Shown: positions 48,034 through 59,751, counted from the first letter of the stretch. The stretch is 64,000 nucleotides of DNA from Nitrospinaceae bacterium (GCA_965223665.1 OZ245011.1:2336001-2400000), one strand, 5' to 3'. Notes: generated by a model not told the origin, from the letters alone. Made by a program: numbers and translations.

Positions 48034-48060
48034 AAACTACAAAAATTTTCCAGGTTTTAA

Positions 48061-49320
48061 CTACGAATCCTCTTCTAACAAATGATCTAAAGTCAAATCT
48101 CTTGCCTCAATCAACCATTCTTTTAAAGCCTCTTTATCATCCATATCATCTAATAAGTACTGCCCTTGCCAAGTTTGGAATAAATTTGCCAGAGGATTTT
48201 TAAGAACATTTAAAGAGCCCTTCTTTTCGACCTCTTCGTACAGTTTAAGAATATCTGCTACAAAATCGTTTCCCTGGCTCAAGTTCTCCAATTCATAAAT
48301 TCCTCTAGTTTCTACAACTATGTCCAACCACAAGGATGGAATTTGGTCTTCAAAGCTATGGTTTACTTCCTCTTGTAAAGCAAACACATTGGAAACTTTT
48401 TGGAGGGAACCATGCAACTCAGTACGTCCAGTTAAAATGACACGTAATACCACATCCCGCCCATCGCTCCGGTTCAATGTATCTTCGCAAACTTGTTTAA
48501 TAGTATTTAACACTTGATTCCAAGCCGAACAATTTGCAAGGTCTACTTTTTCAATTTCAAAACGGACGACATCGGTAGATATAAAATTTACTTCAGGAGT
48601 GCTTTTTGCAGCCAGGGTAACCAAACAACACCCTTTTGCTCCGGATTCCCTCATATGACGTCCTTGAGAATTACCAGAGTAAACCACAGCGGGAGAGCTC
48701 TTCCTTAGAATTCCATGGGAATGAACATGCCCTAAAGCCCAATAATCCATTTTTATCCCTATTAAATCTTTCAAAGTACAGGGAGCGTAGGATTCATGGT
48801 TTGAGTTTCCACCTACATTCGCATGCAAAACTCCAATGGAAAATCCGCGGGCATTCTTTTTCTTAAATAGGGGAGTTAAGTTTTCTTTAACTTCTCTTTC
48901 CGGATAACTAACCCCATATAGATGTGCTATTATTCGACCTTCTTTTTTTACAGAAAAGGACTCTACTTCAGGACCAAATCTGAATACCCCAGTGGGCCAT
49001 TCCAGTTTTCCCGACCAAGTGTTTAAAGCATCGTGGTTTCCGTGGGCCATGTAAACAGGAATCGATTTTCCTGAAAGACGACTCAATTCTTTTTTAAATT
49101 TTAATTGAGCATGTAAATTTTTTTCAGCTCCATCAAAAATATCTCCTGCAATAATTACGGCATCCACATTCTCTTCAATTGCTAAATCGACTATTTTTGT
49201 GAATGCACGAATAGTGCAAGAACGAAGCCTTTCTACCCACTTATCCGAAAGGCCTGTAATTCCGACAAAAGGACTATCAATGTGAAGATCTGAACAATGA
49301 ATAAAACGAAAATTCGCCAC
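48061..49320 (-). CDS. YhaO-like SbcD/Mre11-family metallophosphoesterase
   Basis: HCSDLHIDSPF, AGDIFD, GNHD, YWALGHVH. Confidence 0.92.
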   Translation of the reverse strand: MANFRFIHCSDLHIDSPFVGITGLSDKWVERLRSCTIRAFTKIVDLAIEENVDAVIIAGDIFDGAEKNLHAQLKFKKELSRLSGKSIPVYMAHGNHDALNTWSGKLEWPTGVFRFGPEVESFSVKKEGRIIAHLYGVSYPEREVKENLTPLFKKKNARGFSIGVLHANVGGNSNHESYAPCTLKDLIGIKMDYWALGHVHSHGILRKSSPAVVYSGNSQGRHMRESGAKGCCLVTLAAKSTPEVNFISTDVVRFEIEKVDLANCSAWNQVLNTIKQVCEDTLNRSDGRDVVLRVILTGRTELHGSLQKVSNVFALQEEVNHSFEDQIPSLWLDIVVETRGIYELENLSQGNDFVADILKLYEEVEKKGSLNVLKNPLANLFQTWQGQYLLDDMDDKEALKEWLIEARDLTLDHLLEEDS

Positions 49321-49344
49321 TTTTTATTCCTTAATTAATGCTAG

Positions 49345-49653
49345 TTAAAACAACTCTTTTTCTAGCGCCCGATATGCCTCATTTATTCGACGCGTCATTT
49401 CCGTAGCGATCTTTTTAAGGTCTAGATTTTCTGAGGTAAGGTCTTTATGGTATTGATTTAATCCGCGCTTCCAGGCCTCACGCAATTCCTTAAGGCCAGA
49501 ACCCTCTGGTACCCCCAAATCTGAATAATATTGGGATATTAATTCATTAGATAGTTTTTTCTTTTCTGGTCCAGGTTTTTCTTGTATGCCAGCAACATCT
49601 GCTTGGTTTTTGTTTTCCGTTCGAAAAAATGGGAATAATCTACCTAACATCAC
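49345..49653 (-). CDS. J-domain-like protein (HPD changed to HKD)
   Basis: YYSDLGV...ELREAWKR...YHKD...INEAYRAL. Confidence 0.75.
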   Translation of the reverse strand: MMLGRLFPFFRTENKNQADVAGIQEKPGPEKKKLSNELISQYYSDLGVPEGSGLKELREAWKRGLNQYHKDLTSENLDLKKIATEMTRRINEAYRALEKELF

Positions 49654-49789
49654 TCAATCCTATCCGTCTGAACCTTAAGTGTCAATAATTGATAAATACA
49701 AGAACCATCACATTCCCTTGTTTAATTGACACTTTGATGCATTTTCACTAGCATGAAACTAATAAATCCTTAATCTACCCATTCTCTTC

Positions 49790-51061
49790 ATGAATACTTT
49801 ACCTAAAATCACTCAAGAGAGCCATTTTCAAAATTTACCTCAAATGGAATACCGCCGTTTTGGAAAGACGAATGAAAATATATCCGTCTTAACTTTAGGA
49901 GGAATGCGATTTAAACATGGTTGGAATCCTCCGCGAAACCACCTTCCAAAAGATTCAATTGATAACTGTATAAATTCCACCCGTATTGCCTTGGATTTAG
50001 GAATCAACCATATTGAAACCGCTTATGGTTACGTAAAAAGCGAGCACTTATATGGAGTTACTTTGAAAGAATTAAAGGTCCCGAGAAATCAATTTAAAAT
50101 GATGACTAAGGGGGCCCCTATGACTGCTGATGAGACTAAGTCAATGGTTGAAGAACAATTAAACGCTTTACAATTGGATTACCTGGATTTTTATGGATGG
50201 CACGGTATTAACAATGAAGAACGATTAAACGCCGCTCTCAAAAAAGGAGGTCCAGTAGAGACTTTACTGCGCTTTAGAGAACAAGGGGTAATAAACCATG
50301 TGGGTTTTTCTTCTCACGCACCTTTGGATATATTGTTGAAAGCAATAAATTCTGATCTCTTTAGTTTCGTCAATCTCCATTTCTATTACTTTTTTCAAAG
50401 GAATTGGCCCGCTGTAGAACTCGCTGGCAAAAAAGATATGGGAATCCTAATAATTTCCCCGAATGACAAGGGAGGTCAATTATGGAATCCATCAAATTCA
50501 ATAAAAAATCTTTGCCACCCCATGACTCCAATTCAATTCAATGGACGGTTTTGTTTAAGCCACGCCCAAATCACGACCCTAACGTTAGGCATGCACCATC
50601 CAGAACATTTTTCTCAAAATATTTCCATTTTATCGGGAGAAAATTACCAAAATCCAGAATTCGATTCAATAAAGACAAAAATGGATTCTCCCTTAAAATC
50701 ATTGCCAAATTTCTGCACTTACTGCAGTGATTGCCTCCCTTGCTCCGAGGATATTAATATTCCTGAAATTCTAAGATTCCGAAATTTGTTAAACGGTTAT
50801 GACATGAGAGCTTTCGGAAAATACAGATACAACATGCTTGAAGGAAAAGACCATTGGTTCCCGGGTAATTTTGCTAATGCATGCACAGAGTGTGGAGATT
50901 GCCTACCTAAATGCCCTGAAAAACTTGATATTCCGAAACTTATAAAGGAAACCCATAAAAATTTATTTGATAAAAAAACCTATTGGAAGAATAAAATTCA
51001 ACTGTTTTTTTATGATATATATCAAAAACTTAGAAAACCATTTATAAAAAGAACAAATTAA
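49790..51061 (+). CDS. Aldo/keto reductase with C-terminal 4Fe-4S domain
   Basis: MEYRRFGKT, GINHIETA.GY, CTYCSDCLPC, CTECGDCLPKCP. Confidence 0.9.
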   Translation: MNTLPKITQESHFQNLPQMEYRRFGKTNENISVLTLGGMRFKHGWNPPRNHLPKDSIDNCINSTRIALDLGINHIETAYGYVKSEHLYGVTLKELKVPRNQFKMMTKGAPMTADETKSMVEEQLNALQLDYLDFYGWHGINNEERLNAALKKGGPVETLLRFREQGVINHVGFSSHAPLDILLKAINSDLFSFVNLHFYYFFQRNWPAVELAGKKDMGILIISPNDKGGQLWNPSNSIKNLCHPMTPIQFNGRFCLSHAQITTLTLGMHHPEHFSQNISILSGENYQNPEFDSIKTKMDSPLKSLPNFCTYCSDCLPCSEDINIPEILRFRNLLNGYDMRAFGKYRYNMLEGKDHWFPGNFANACTECGDCLPKCPEKLDIPKLIKETHKNLFDKKTYWKNKIQLFFYDIYQKLRKPFIKRTN

Positions 51062-51356
51062 ATCATTGTTTTTTAATGTTTAATTTAAATGCGAAAATGA
51101 TTTGGTTTTCCCCGCCCAAATTATCCTCATAAACCTTATCGGATAAGTTATTTTTTTATATTGTTTATCCATAACAAAAGGAATTTTTCTTTTAAAAACT
51201 CCCCACCGAATTGACGCTTCAGGACACTTCCATTAAATTATATATACATATGCTTTCTAGGTAATTTTATTAGAAAAGATATTGGGAGAAACTGGCCAAC
51301 TTTAACTTCTAACACTTTACCCCTTAATATTTTTTGAATTTGGTTATTGAAATCTT

Positions 51357-52499
51357 ATGACCTTGGTATCTAAAACAGCTGCGCATCCCGAAGCCAGAAT
51401 CCTTATTGTGGATGATGAAAACGGGAACATTAAAGTTTTGGAAAGAATGCTGAGATCTGTGGGATATAAGAATATTGCGACCACCACAGATGGAAGAATT
51501 GCACCGGACCTTTATCAGACATTTAATCCAGACTTAATTCTTTTAGATATAAAAATGCCAAGGTTTAGTGGATTTGATGTAATTAACACCCTAAGAGAAA
51601 TCGAAAAAAATACCTACCTACCCATTCTTGTACTTACAGCCCAATACGATCACGAGGTAAGAATCCGTGCCTTAGAATCCGGAGCCAAAGACTTTGTCAG
51701 CAAGCCATTTGAGGCTTCCGAGATTTTAGCAAGGATCCATAATATTCTGGAAGTTCGTCTACTTCATAATTCAATAAAAGAAGAAAAAATACATTTGGAG
51801 GATAAAGTTCAAGAACGAACTAAAGAACTTCAAAAGTCTAGAATTGAAGTCATTCATCGTTTAGGACGTGCAGCAGAGTTCCGCGACAATGAAACGGGAA
51901 TGCATGTCGTGCGAATGAGTAAATACTCGGAAATGGTAGGGAGAAGCATTGGTCTTGATGATAAGACATGTAAGCTTATTCTAAATGCCAGTCCTATGCA
52001 CGACATAGGGAAAATAGGAATCCCAGATTATATACTTTTAAAGCCAGGTCCTTTAACTCCGGAAGAATGGACTATCATGAAATCTCATACTGAAATTGGT
52101 GCCCTTCTTCTATCGGGAAGCGATTCAGATATCCTGCAATTGGCGGAAGTAATAGCTCTTAGTCATCACGAAAAATGGGACGGGACTGGATACCCTCGAG
52201 GTCTAAAAGGAGAAGAAATTCCTTTAGAAGCGCGAATCGTAACTATGTGCGATATATTCGACGCTCTTACAAGTGAACGACCCTACAAAAAATCCTGGCC
52301 GGTTGAGGATGCCATTAATGAGTTAATTAATATCAAAGGGAAAATTTTAGATCCCAATTTAGTGGATTGCTTTGTGGATAAAATTTCCCAAATAGTTGAA
52401 ATCAGCTTAAAGTTTTCTGACTCCGAAGAAGAGCTCGCAGAATTACAAGAGTTTGCCAAAAAGCATGCGTTGAGCCTTAAAGTTCAAAAACTCTCCTAA
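51357..52499 (+). CDS. Response regulator with HD-GYP c-di-GMP phosphodiesterase domain (RpfG-like)
   Basis: REC (ILIVDD, LLDIKMP, KPF) plus MHDIGKIG and HHEKWDGTGYP. Confidence 0.95.
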   Translation: MTLVSKTAAHPEARILIVDDENGNIKVLERMLRSVGYKNIATTTDGRIAPDLYQTFNPDLILLDIKMPRFSGFDVINTLREIEKNTYLPILVLTAQYDHEVRIRALESGAKDFVSKPFEASEILARIHNILEVRLLHNSIKEEKIHLEDKVQERTKELQKSRIEVIHRLGRAAEFRDNETGMHVVRMSKYSEMVGRSIGLDDKTCKLILNASPMHDIGKIGIPDYILLKPGPLTPEEWTIMKSHTEIGALLLSGSDSDILQLAEVIALSHHEKWDGTGYPRGLKGEEIPLEARIVTMCDIFDALTSERPYKKSWPVEDAINELINIKGKILDPNLVDCFVDKISQIVEISLKFSDSEEELAELQEFAKKHALSLKVQKLS

Positions 52500-52537
52500 C
52501 TTTCATTTTCAAATTTGCTTAAATAAAATCTTTAAAT

Positions 52538-55500
52538 TTATGAATCTTGTTCCTGTAACTGATTCTGGCATTGGTCAAACCATAACTGGGCATTTTGATA
52601 AGTGTCATCTTTATTTAAAATTGTTTTTAAATAATTTACCGCCTTACCACATTGCAGTGTTTGTATATACATTTCCGCCATGATGTATAGAAAGCGTAAA
52701 TCTTCAGGTTCAACCCTTTCGTAACGCACTCCATAGCTTATTACTTTATGTGGCTCTCCCAATCCTCTATAACTAAACACAGCACTTTGTAGAGCTTGCT
52801 TATTATTAGGTTCTTTTTCCAAGATTTTCAAAGAATACTGAAGAGATTTACGGAATTCATTTTTCACGTTATAAAATTGAGCTGTTGCATTCAATAAATT
52901 CAAATCATCAGGATCTTTTTCTAAATTCGTCAATAACTCAATCAACCCCATCTGCTGCATTACAGAGCGGAGTTGTCGAGGATCTTTTTTAACTACCTCC
53001 TCTAAAGTTTTCTTTGCTTCCTTTAAATTCCCTAATTCTAAAAAATCATATCCTAAATATAGATTTGCAAAACTATTTCCAGGGTCCTTTTTTAAAACTT
53101 TTTGAAGATACTCTATACTTTTTTCATATTCCCCAATTTGATAAAAGACATGGCCTAAATTTAACAGGGTTTCAACATTATTGGGGTTTTCCTTCAAAGC
53201 TCCTAACAAGTTTTTTACCTGATTTTTTCCAGCTTGAAGGTGATAACGAAACAATTCATCGTTCTCTACCTCAGTAATAGCTTCCAATAGCAAACCACGG
53301 TTTGCGTACATTACCCCCCGTTGGTAATTATTCATGACATTGAAATGTTTTTTAAACAGCTCCCAGTCATCAAACTCCACATTTTTAAAACGCTTCCAAA
53401 TATCCTGAGCAGGAGTTCTATTGAATACCAAGCGTTCCAATCCTGGAACTTCAATCACATTTGGATAATTTAAATAAAACTCAATTCGTGGTTGGTTATC
53501 TGAAATCATATAGCTACGGGAAGATATTTTTTTCATTTCATCTTCAAAAAACCATATGTTGCTTAAAAAGGAGTAAACATTCGAAATATGAATATCTTCA
53601 AGGGCTTGTTTAATTAATGGTTCTGACAATCGCTCTTTAAGTTTCTTTAAATCAATTTCAATCGGCTGATCGGATCCAATCAATAAAATTTCATTCGCAA
53701 CGGACATCCAAGCAATAGCATGAGGAAAAACCTGCAAAAATGTTTTAAAATGCATGTCCACTTCTTCGGCACTTTGACTGTGTAAAGGAACCCATTGGGC
53801 GATGATCCCACCCGGCTTGAGACGCTTTGCCGCCTGTTTATAAAAATCCAGTGTGTACAAATTAACCGTAAAAGCGGTTCGAGGCGGTGGAGGTTCTCCG
53901 GTGATCACATCATATTTCTTTTCGGTAGTGAGTAAATGGTTGCGCCCATCCTGGAGAATAATATTTACTTTCGGATTATTAATAGCGTCATGATTTTCCT
54001 CTTTAAATGCAGGGGCCGCATGAATAACACTTGGAGACAAATCCAAACTATCCACTTGCTGAACCCTGGGGTGGATGCCAGCGGCTCCGGTAGTTTGTCC
54101 TGTCCCAAAACAAATCACTAATACCTGCTCTGGATTGTCAGAAAGCAAAATAGGAACGTGGGCAAATAATTTCATATACCGGGTAGCAATCACATTTGAG
54201 GCAGACATTGAAATTCCGTTGGTTATAAGCCTTTTTGCCTCTGGATCCAAAATGCCATAATTATCTTTAAAAACAGCAACCGTGTCGGTTAATCCCTCTT
54301 CAAAATAAACCAATTTTTTTAAATCTCTTTTCCCTGCACTATCTCGCATAAAAAAAGGTTTTAATAAATCTCCGGGAAGCGCAATGTTTAGTAACAACAC
54401 TAACCCAGTCGCACCTGAAAAAACTCCTAAATTACCCGAAAAAATTGATTCTCCACTTTTTTTAAGAATAAAAGGAATTAAAAATAAGTTCATCGAGGCT
54501 ATTAATATCAAACTTCTTTCAGTTCCAAAGACCGGCAACAATATAAATCCTGCAATTAAAGAACCTAATATTGCTCCTAAGGTATTTACCGAATAAATAG
54601 CCCCTGTTCCTCCACCTATATGTTCCGGATCTTCTGAGGTCAATTTAATAAGAATCGGGAAATTCATTCCAAACAAAATGGTTGGGAAAAGCATTAAGGA
54701 AGACGAATCTTTGAAATAGCGCCAAATAGTTTCTGCAGGTTTTTGTAAATTGTAACTGTTCCAGGGTGAAGACAATAAAAATTCCATGGAATACAAAGAA
54801 AAAAGAATATAGGCACAAATTCCCGCCTGCAGGATCCACAATATTTTTTTTAAATCTTTAAAACGCGCTATAAGGGGGACCGACAAAATGCTACCAATAC
54901 AAATCCCAAGCAAAAATACCGCTAACATCATACTGAAGGAATAAACCGTACTTGCGATACTGAATACTAACAGTCGCGTCCACAGAACCTCATAAGCTAG
55001 AGCGGTAAAACCACAAATAAAACTCACCGCTATAAAAATATTTTTTTCAGAATCTAATTTCCATCCCGGCCATTTAGGCACTGGCAATCGCAAAGGAAAT
55101 TTTTTTTCCGGATTTTCTTCCTGAACGATTCTTATACAACCTATTCCTATAATTAAATTGGCAGCAGATGCATACAAAGCCGTTTGTAAAACTCCAAAAG
55201 TGGATATAAAGAAATATCCCGTTAAAAGACACCCGATGGAAGCTCCTAGTGTATTCAGAAAATACAAAATCCCGATTTGGTCATTCAATTGGCTGTTTTC
55301 TGTGACGTAATATTTGCTTATTATGGGAAGGGTTGCACCCATTAGTGTTGTGGGGATAACCATTAATAAGAACGCCATCAGGGCTTTAAACAAGCTTAAT
55401 AAAATGGCTGACTCTGGAAGAAAACCATGAGCCCAGGAATAAATAACGTGAAACTTGAATAATACCAATGATATCAATGCACTACTTACAAAAATCAATA

Positions 55501-55743
55501 TTTCCACCATTCCATATATTAATAATGGAGGATTCCTTTTTTCATTAGCTACTCGATCAATCGAGTGTCCCAAATATAGCTACCCAGACCTAAACCGGCC
55601 ATAAATGCAGCTAATACAATAGATACTGAGTACACAGTATGCCCAAATACCAAAGTCAACATACGTGTCCAAATAATCTCGTAAATTAGAGCTGTAATTC
55701 CTGAAACAAAGAAAAATGCGTAAACTAAGGGAGATCGCCTCAT
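52538..55743 (-). pseudogene. Fused membrane / spermidine-synthase-like / TPR protein, split by a 1-nt frameshift near 55570
   Basis: 55549-55743 gives the N-terminus (SGITALIYEIIWTRML..FG.TVYS...LAAFMAGLGLGS); 52538-55573 continues in another frame (FGTGQT, DGRNHL, YDVITGEPP). One extra G joins them. Confidence 0.8.
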
Positions 55744-55872
55744 AATATAAATTTTCTTCTAAATCGCAGTTAAATCATTTGACAGAGTAGTTTGCAGGTA
55801 AGATATAATAATTTTAAATTAAGAACCAATAAAAAACTGGGTTCAGTTGAACCCAGGAAAAAAGGTAAAACA

Positions 55873-56724
55873 ATGGCTGAGGATTATACCGCACAAGAAA
55901 AAGAAATTGCTGCATCAGATAGAATTAATCACCCCTATGCAGATGAAAATGGGGTCGAATGGACTGTGGAAGCATGGGAAAGAGTAAAACATGCTCCTGA
56001 ATTTGTCCGCCCCGGAATTCGGAAACTAATGGTACAACGTGCCGTGCGCCGAGGGTTTAAGTACGTTACTTCCGATTTTCTGACAGAAATTCGTAACGAA
56101 TCTATGATGCTCGTTTCGAAGCGCGTTAAGCAATTTGGCTTTGAAGAACTGTCCATGGGCGCTTTTGATGTTGCTAAACAAAAAATGTCTGAGAGTCCAA
56201 GGAAATTAGAAGTGATTGACGAAATTCAAGACTTCCTGGCTATGCGAACGGAAAAAAAGGAAGACATCGTAGATAAATTCAAATCTTATATGGACTCTGC
56301 CCCGACAATGGGGATGCCTTGGACTAAAGAAGCCTTGGAAAAAATGGAAAAGGTTCCACCATTCGTTTTGGGGATGGCCAAGCAAACCATTGAAGCCAGA
56401 GCACGGCAGCGGGGTGACAAAATGGTGACTCCTGGAATTATTGAAGAAGTGTTTACCAATATCATGCCAGCTTCGGCTAAGGAAGCCATGGGAATGGAAG
56501 TTTCAGAAGAAGACAAACAGCGGGATGTCGATTATGAAGCACAACAAGGAGATGAACCCACTTTTGAATTGAATTGGCACACGGAAGCAAAGGCTAAGGT
56601 CATGCGAATTCCTATTCCTTTTATTAGAGATATGGCTGTAAAAAGAATTGAAGCTGAAGTTAAAAAGGAAAATGTCACTGAAGTCACGGGTGACCTTTTC
56701 GACAAATATCGATTTACATTCTAG
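55873..56724 (+). CDS. PCP_red (protochlorophyllide reductase C-terminal-like) repeat protein
   Basis: Three W..EA.......P.F.R/L....K...E units; start moved to the ATG at 55873. Confidence 0.8.
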   Translation: MAEDYTAQEKEIAASDRINHPYADENGVEWTVEAWERVKHAPEFVRPGIRKLMVQRAVRRGFKYVTSDFLTEIRNESMMLVSKRVKQFGFEELSMGAFDVAKQKMSESPRKLEVIDEIQDFLAMRTEKKEDIVDKFKSYMDSAPTMGMPWTKEALEKMEKVPPFVLGMAKQTIEARARQRGDKMVTPGIIEEVFTNIMPASAKEAMGMEVSEEDKQRDVDYEAQQGDEPTFELNWHTEAKAKVMRIPIPFIRDMAVKRIEAEVKKENVTEVTGDLFDKYRFTF

Positions 56725-56759
56725 ACCGGATTATTTTTTTAACTGTGGAGGGCATTAAG

Positions 56760-56879
56760 ATGGCACAAACTATTCAATGGAATTGGTCCACTTTATTATT
56801 CATTATCGCGCCTAGGCTTTGGATCACATGGAAAAGTTTTTACGCTATACCTGCTTTAGCAAAAAAAATGAAAAAATAA
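56760..56879 (+). CDS. Unannotated 39-aa small membrane peptide
   Basis: GGAGGG RBS, then MAQTIQWNWSTLLFIIAPRLWITWKSFYAIPALAKKMKK*. Confidence 0.55.
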   Translation: MAQTIQWNWSTLLFIIAPRLWITWKSFYAIPALAKKMKK

Positions 56880-56921
56880 GATCCCAATTGAATTTGGGGT
56901 TATCATTTAAAAAAGAAAATT

Positions 56922-58778
56922 TTAAACGATTTGCTCGCCTACCTTAATTACTTTCTTGGCCAGGCGAGTATAGTCCCCTCCTTTAACCACTAGAAATAAA
57001 TCAGCATTCAATTTGATGTGCTCTACCACTTCTTCCATTATTTTATCCCAACTGAAACTCCATCCTTTGATTTTAAAGGCAACAATATAGACGGGTTGAT
57101 CCGGAAAATGCTTTACCACCTTCTCTGCTATCCAGGCTGATTTTAATTTCGGATACATCTCCAGTTTTTCTATTAATTCCTTTTTTAAATCCTCCGGTAT
57201 TGAAGACTTTTTATATTCATCCTTTGGAGTGCACTCTAATCTTTCCTCATCGGCAGCCTGATTTATTTCCATGGCTTTTACAGCTCGATCATACCAAACT
57301 TTGGCTTCATCTTCTCTTTGTGCGTCCTTCAAAAAGCAGTACGCAATCTCACAGGCCTGCACTTTAATGGATGCATCTTTTGTTGCTTCGGAAAGGTATT
57401 TCAAACCAGCTTCATCTTTCTTTTCGACCAAAATATCGCCAATAACGTAGTTCACAGCTACATCCTGAGGGTGTCTTTGATAATACTCCTGAAAAAGAGG
57501 CAACGGGTCTTTCTCCTGCTTAAATTCCCGGGTGAGACGAGCTTTTTCCCAAAGTTCATCATCGGAAAGAGAAGCATTTTCTCTCTCTTCTAATTCACAA
57601 AGTTTTTTATTACTTTCCAGGACGTGTTCATAACGCTCTCTCCACCGCTCTTCATTCATCTCCTTCCAATCTGAATCAAATTCCTGCAAAATCTTTTGGT
57701 AATTTTTTCCTAGCCAGACTTGTGCAGCCGACTGATCAAAGGTCTTAAATGAAATTTTCTTTTCACCCATTGCCTTTAGACGATCAACGAGCGCAGGATG
57801 TGTATTATGATAAGCGGTTTTTTGCTTGAGTTCTTTTTGAAGACTCTTTTTAATCTCTTCCTTAGCCTGGGAATTATTGACTAAAAACTGGGAGAGTCCT
57901 TCATAGGGTGGGCCTTCAGGTTGTGGGGCAACATCGGCTTTTTTAAAAAACTTATCCCAATAATGCTCTTCCACATAGGGCGCGGCTACATAAACATTAA
58001 CTAAAGCTCTACTGGCAGTAGCAGGTGAAGTGAGTTCAGCAGAAATAGCATCCGCCTCATATTCATTATTTCGCGCTAAGGCAAAGGAATACGCAGAAAA
58101 TCGTGGGACATACCAATTAAAAAATTTTCTTAAAATTCCCGGGCCAAACCCATCAGCATGACCAAACGCATCCATGACTTTTTGCCAGGTAATTCTAACT
58201 CTGTAAATCCATCCTGCAAAGCGACTGTGATTTTTTGATAAGTGACCAAACTCATGAGCTAAAACGGCTCTCATTTCTTCAGGAGAAAGTATAAGAAGAA
58301 GCTCTAAACCTAAGGTGAGTGTATTGTATTGCCAACCAAATATTCCCAGCCGGGGAGTTTGAACCACCGAAGCATTTAAATCGTAATTAAGTAAAACTTG
58401 GTGAATAGGCAAGGCATCCAGTTTCTCTTTTAGTAGGTCAATTTCTTTATAAAGCTCGGGAAACTCTTCTCGTTTTAGTTCATATCCAGTGGGTTTTTCA
58501 AACTTTACCCACAATGCCTTTACTAATACCCAGGCTAAAACGCACAATGGAATAATTAATTTCTTTTTTAACAAAAGAACTGCAAAGGTAGTGCTTAAAA
58601 AAGCAAACCATACTGATCCTCCAATTAAGGCAACCACTGCAAACAGTATTAAGAATATTGCCACATATCCCAACAATGCAAAAAGCAAAACCTTATTGTG
58701 GTAAGAATTCTTATTCTCCTTCACTTCCTTTTCAGCCTGCTTAACGCGTTCGATAAATTGCTCTTCTGTCATTACCAC
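56922..58778 (-). CDS. M48-family zinc metallopeptidase
   Basis: AVLAHEFGH, EYEAD, THPALVDRL; N-terminal TMs. Confidence 0.9.
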   Translation of the reverse strand: MVMTEEQFIERVKQAEKEVKENKNSYHNKVLLFALLGYVAIFLILFAVVALIGGSVWFAFLSTTFAVLLLKKKLIIPLCVLAWVLVKALWVKFEKPTGYELKREEFPELYKEIDLLKEKLDALPIHQVLLNYDLNASVVQTPRLGIFGWQYNTLTLGLELLLILSPEEMRAVLAHEFGHLSKNHSRFAGWIYRVRITWQKVMDAFGHADGFGPGILRKFFNWYVPRFSAYSFALARNNEYEADAISAELTSPATASRALVNVYVAAPYVEEHYWDKFFKKADVAPQPEGPPYEGLSQFLVNNSQAKEEIKKSLQKELKQKTAYHNTHPALVDRLKAMGEKKISFKTFDQSAAQVWLGKNYQKILQEFDSDWKEMNEERWRERYEHVLESNKKLCELEERENASLSDDELWEKARLTREFKQEKDPLPLFQEYYQRHPQDVAVNYVIGDILVEKKDEAGLKYLSEATKDASIKVQACEIAYCFLKDAQREDEAKVWYDRAVKAMEINQAADEERLECTPKDEYKKSSIPEDLKKELIEKLEMYPKLKSAWIAEKVVKHFPDQPVYIVAFKIKGWSFSWDKIMEEVVEHIKLNADLFLVVKGGDYTRLAKKVIKVGEQIV

Positions 58779-58995
58779 AATTAAACCACTCCATTATCTA
58801 AGTCGATAGTTTTTAATAAAAAGTTTCTACGGAAATCGCCCTAATAAAATAATTTAAATGTTAACTGAGATATAGTAAATGGAAAATTAAAACTGATTGA
58901 ATTACCAAAAGTTAAAATTCACCCTTACTTAAAATTAGAAAGTTTTGATTAAGTAATTTAAAAAGATAAAAGGAAGGAAAGCTTTTTAATTAAAC

Positions 58996-59751
58996 TTATA
59001 ATCCTGTTGGGTAATCCAGGAATTCTGTACTGAGGTCGAATTTTTGTTCAAGATGTTTTCCAATGGCTTGGACCCCACCGGTTTCAGTCGCATAATGTCC
59101 AGCAAAAATCAGAGCACAATTTCCTTCAACTGCATCATGAAATTGATGATTTGCCCCTTCACCAGTTATATAACAATCTAATCCTTGCGCTACCGCTTGT
59201 TGAATAATTTCTCCTGCCCCTCCAGTAACCACCCCAACAGTCTCCACTTTTTTTTCACCGATAACTTTTACGGAAGCCCCCAATTGATCCTGCAGAAGTT
59301 TACCTAAAGCCTGAGAAGATTGAGGATGGACTCTACCCTTTAATCCGATTAATTGTCCCTCATATTCCCCAAAGGGCTCCATGTTTTCCAGCCCAATTTT
59401 TTCCGCTAAAGCCCTATTGTTTCCTAAAACCGGGTGCACATCAAGTGGAAGGTGAGCAGAATATAACCCCAGATTGCCGCGAATCATTGCTCCTAATTTA
59501 TTGTAATAAGAACCCCTTACCGTCTGGAGTCCTCCCCAGAATAACCCATGGTGAACAAACATCATTTGGCATTTTTTTTCAATTGCCATTTCAATGGTAG
59601 CAAGGCAAGTATCTACCGCCAATCCTACTTTTTTTATCTCACCGGTGTTTTCCACCTGCAATCCGTTTAGTGCACGGGAAGAATCTTTGATATTATGAAT
59701 ATCCAATAACTGATCAAGGTATTGGCTGAGTTGTAATATATTTATAACCAT
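58996..59751 (-). CDS. Nif3-like dinuclear metal-centre protein (YbgI family)
   Basis: NGLQVE, VHHGLFW, HLPLDVH, AGHYATE. Confidence 0.93.
   Translation of the reverse strand: MVINILQLSQYLDQLLDIHNIKDSSRALNGLQVENTGEIKKVGLAVDTCLATIEMAIEKKCQMMFVHHGLFWGGLQTVRGSYYNKLGAMIRGNLGLYSAHLPLDVHPVLGNNRALAEKIGLENMEPFGEYEGQLIGLKGRVHPQSSQALGKLLQDQLGASVKVIGEKKVETVGVVTGGAGEIIQQAVAQGLDCYITGEGANHQFHDAVEGNCALIFAGHYATETGGVQAIGKHLEQKFDLSTEFLDYPTGL

Noticed and set aside
51121-51175. DnaA-box cluster / replication origin
   Set aside because: Only two one-mismatch boxes (TTATCCTCA, TTATCCATA) and no dnaA/dnaN context.
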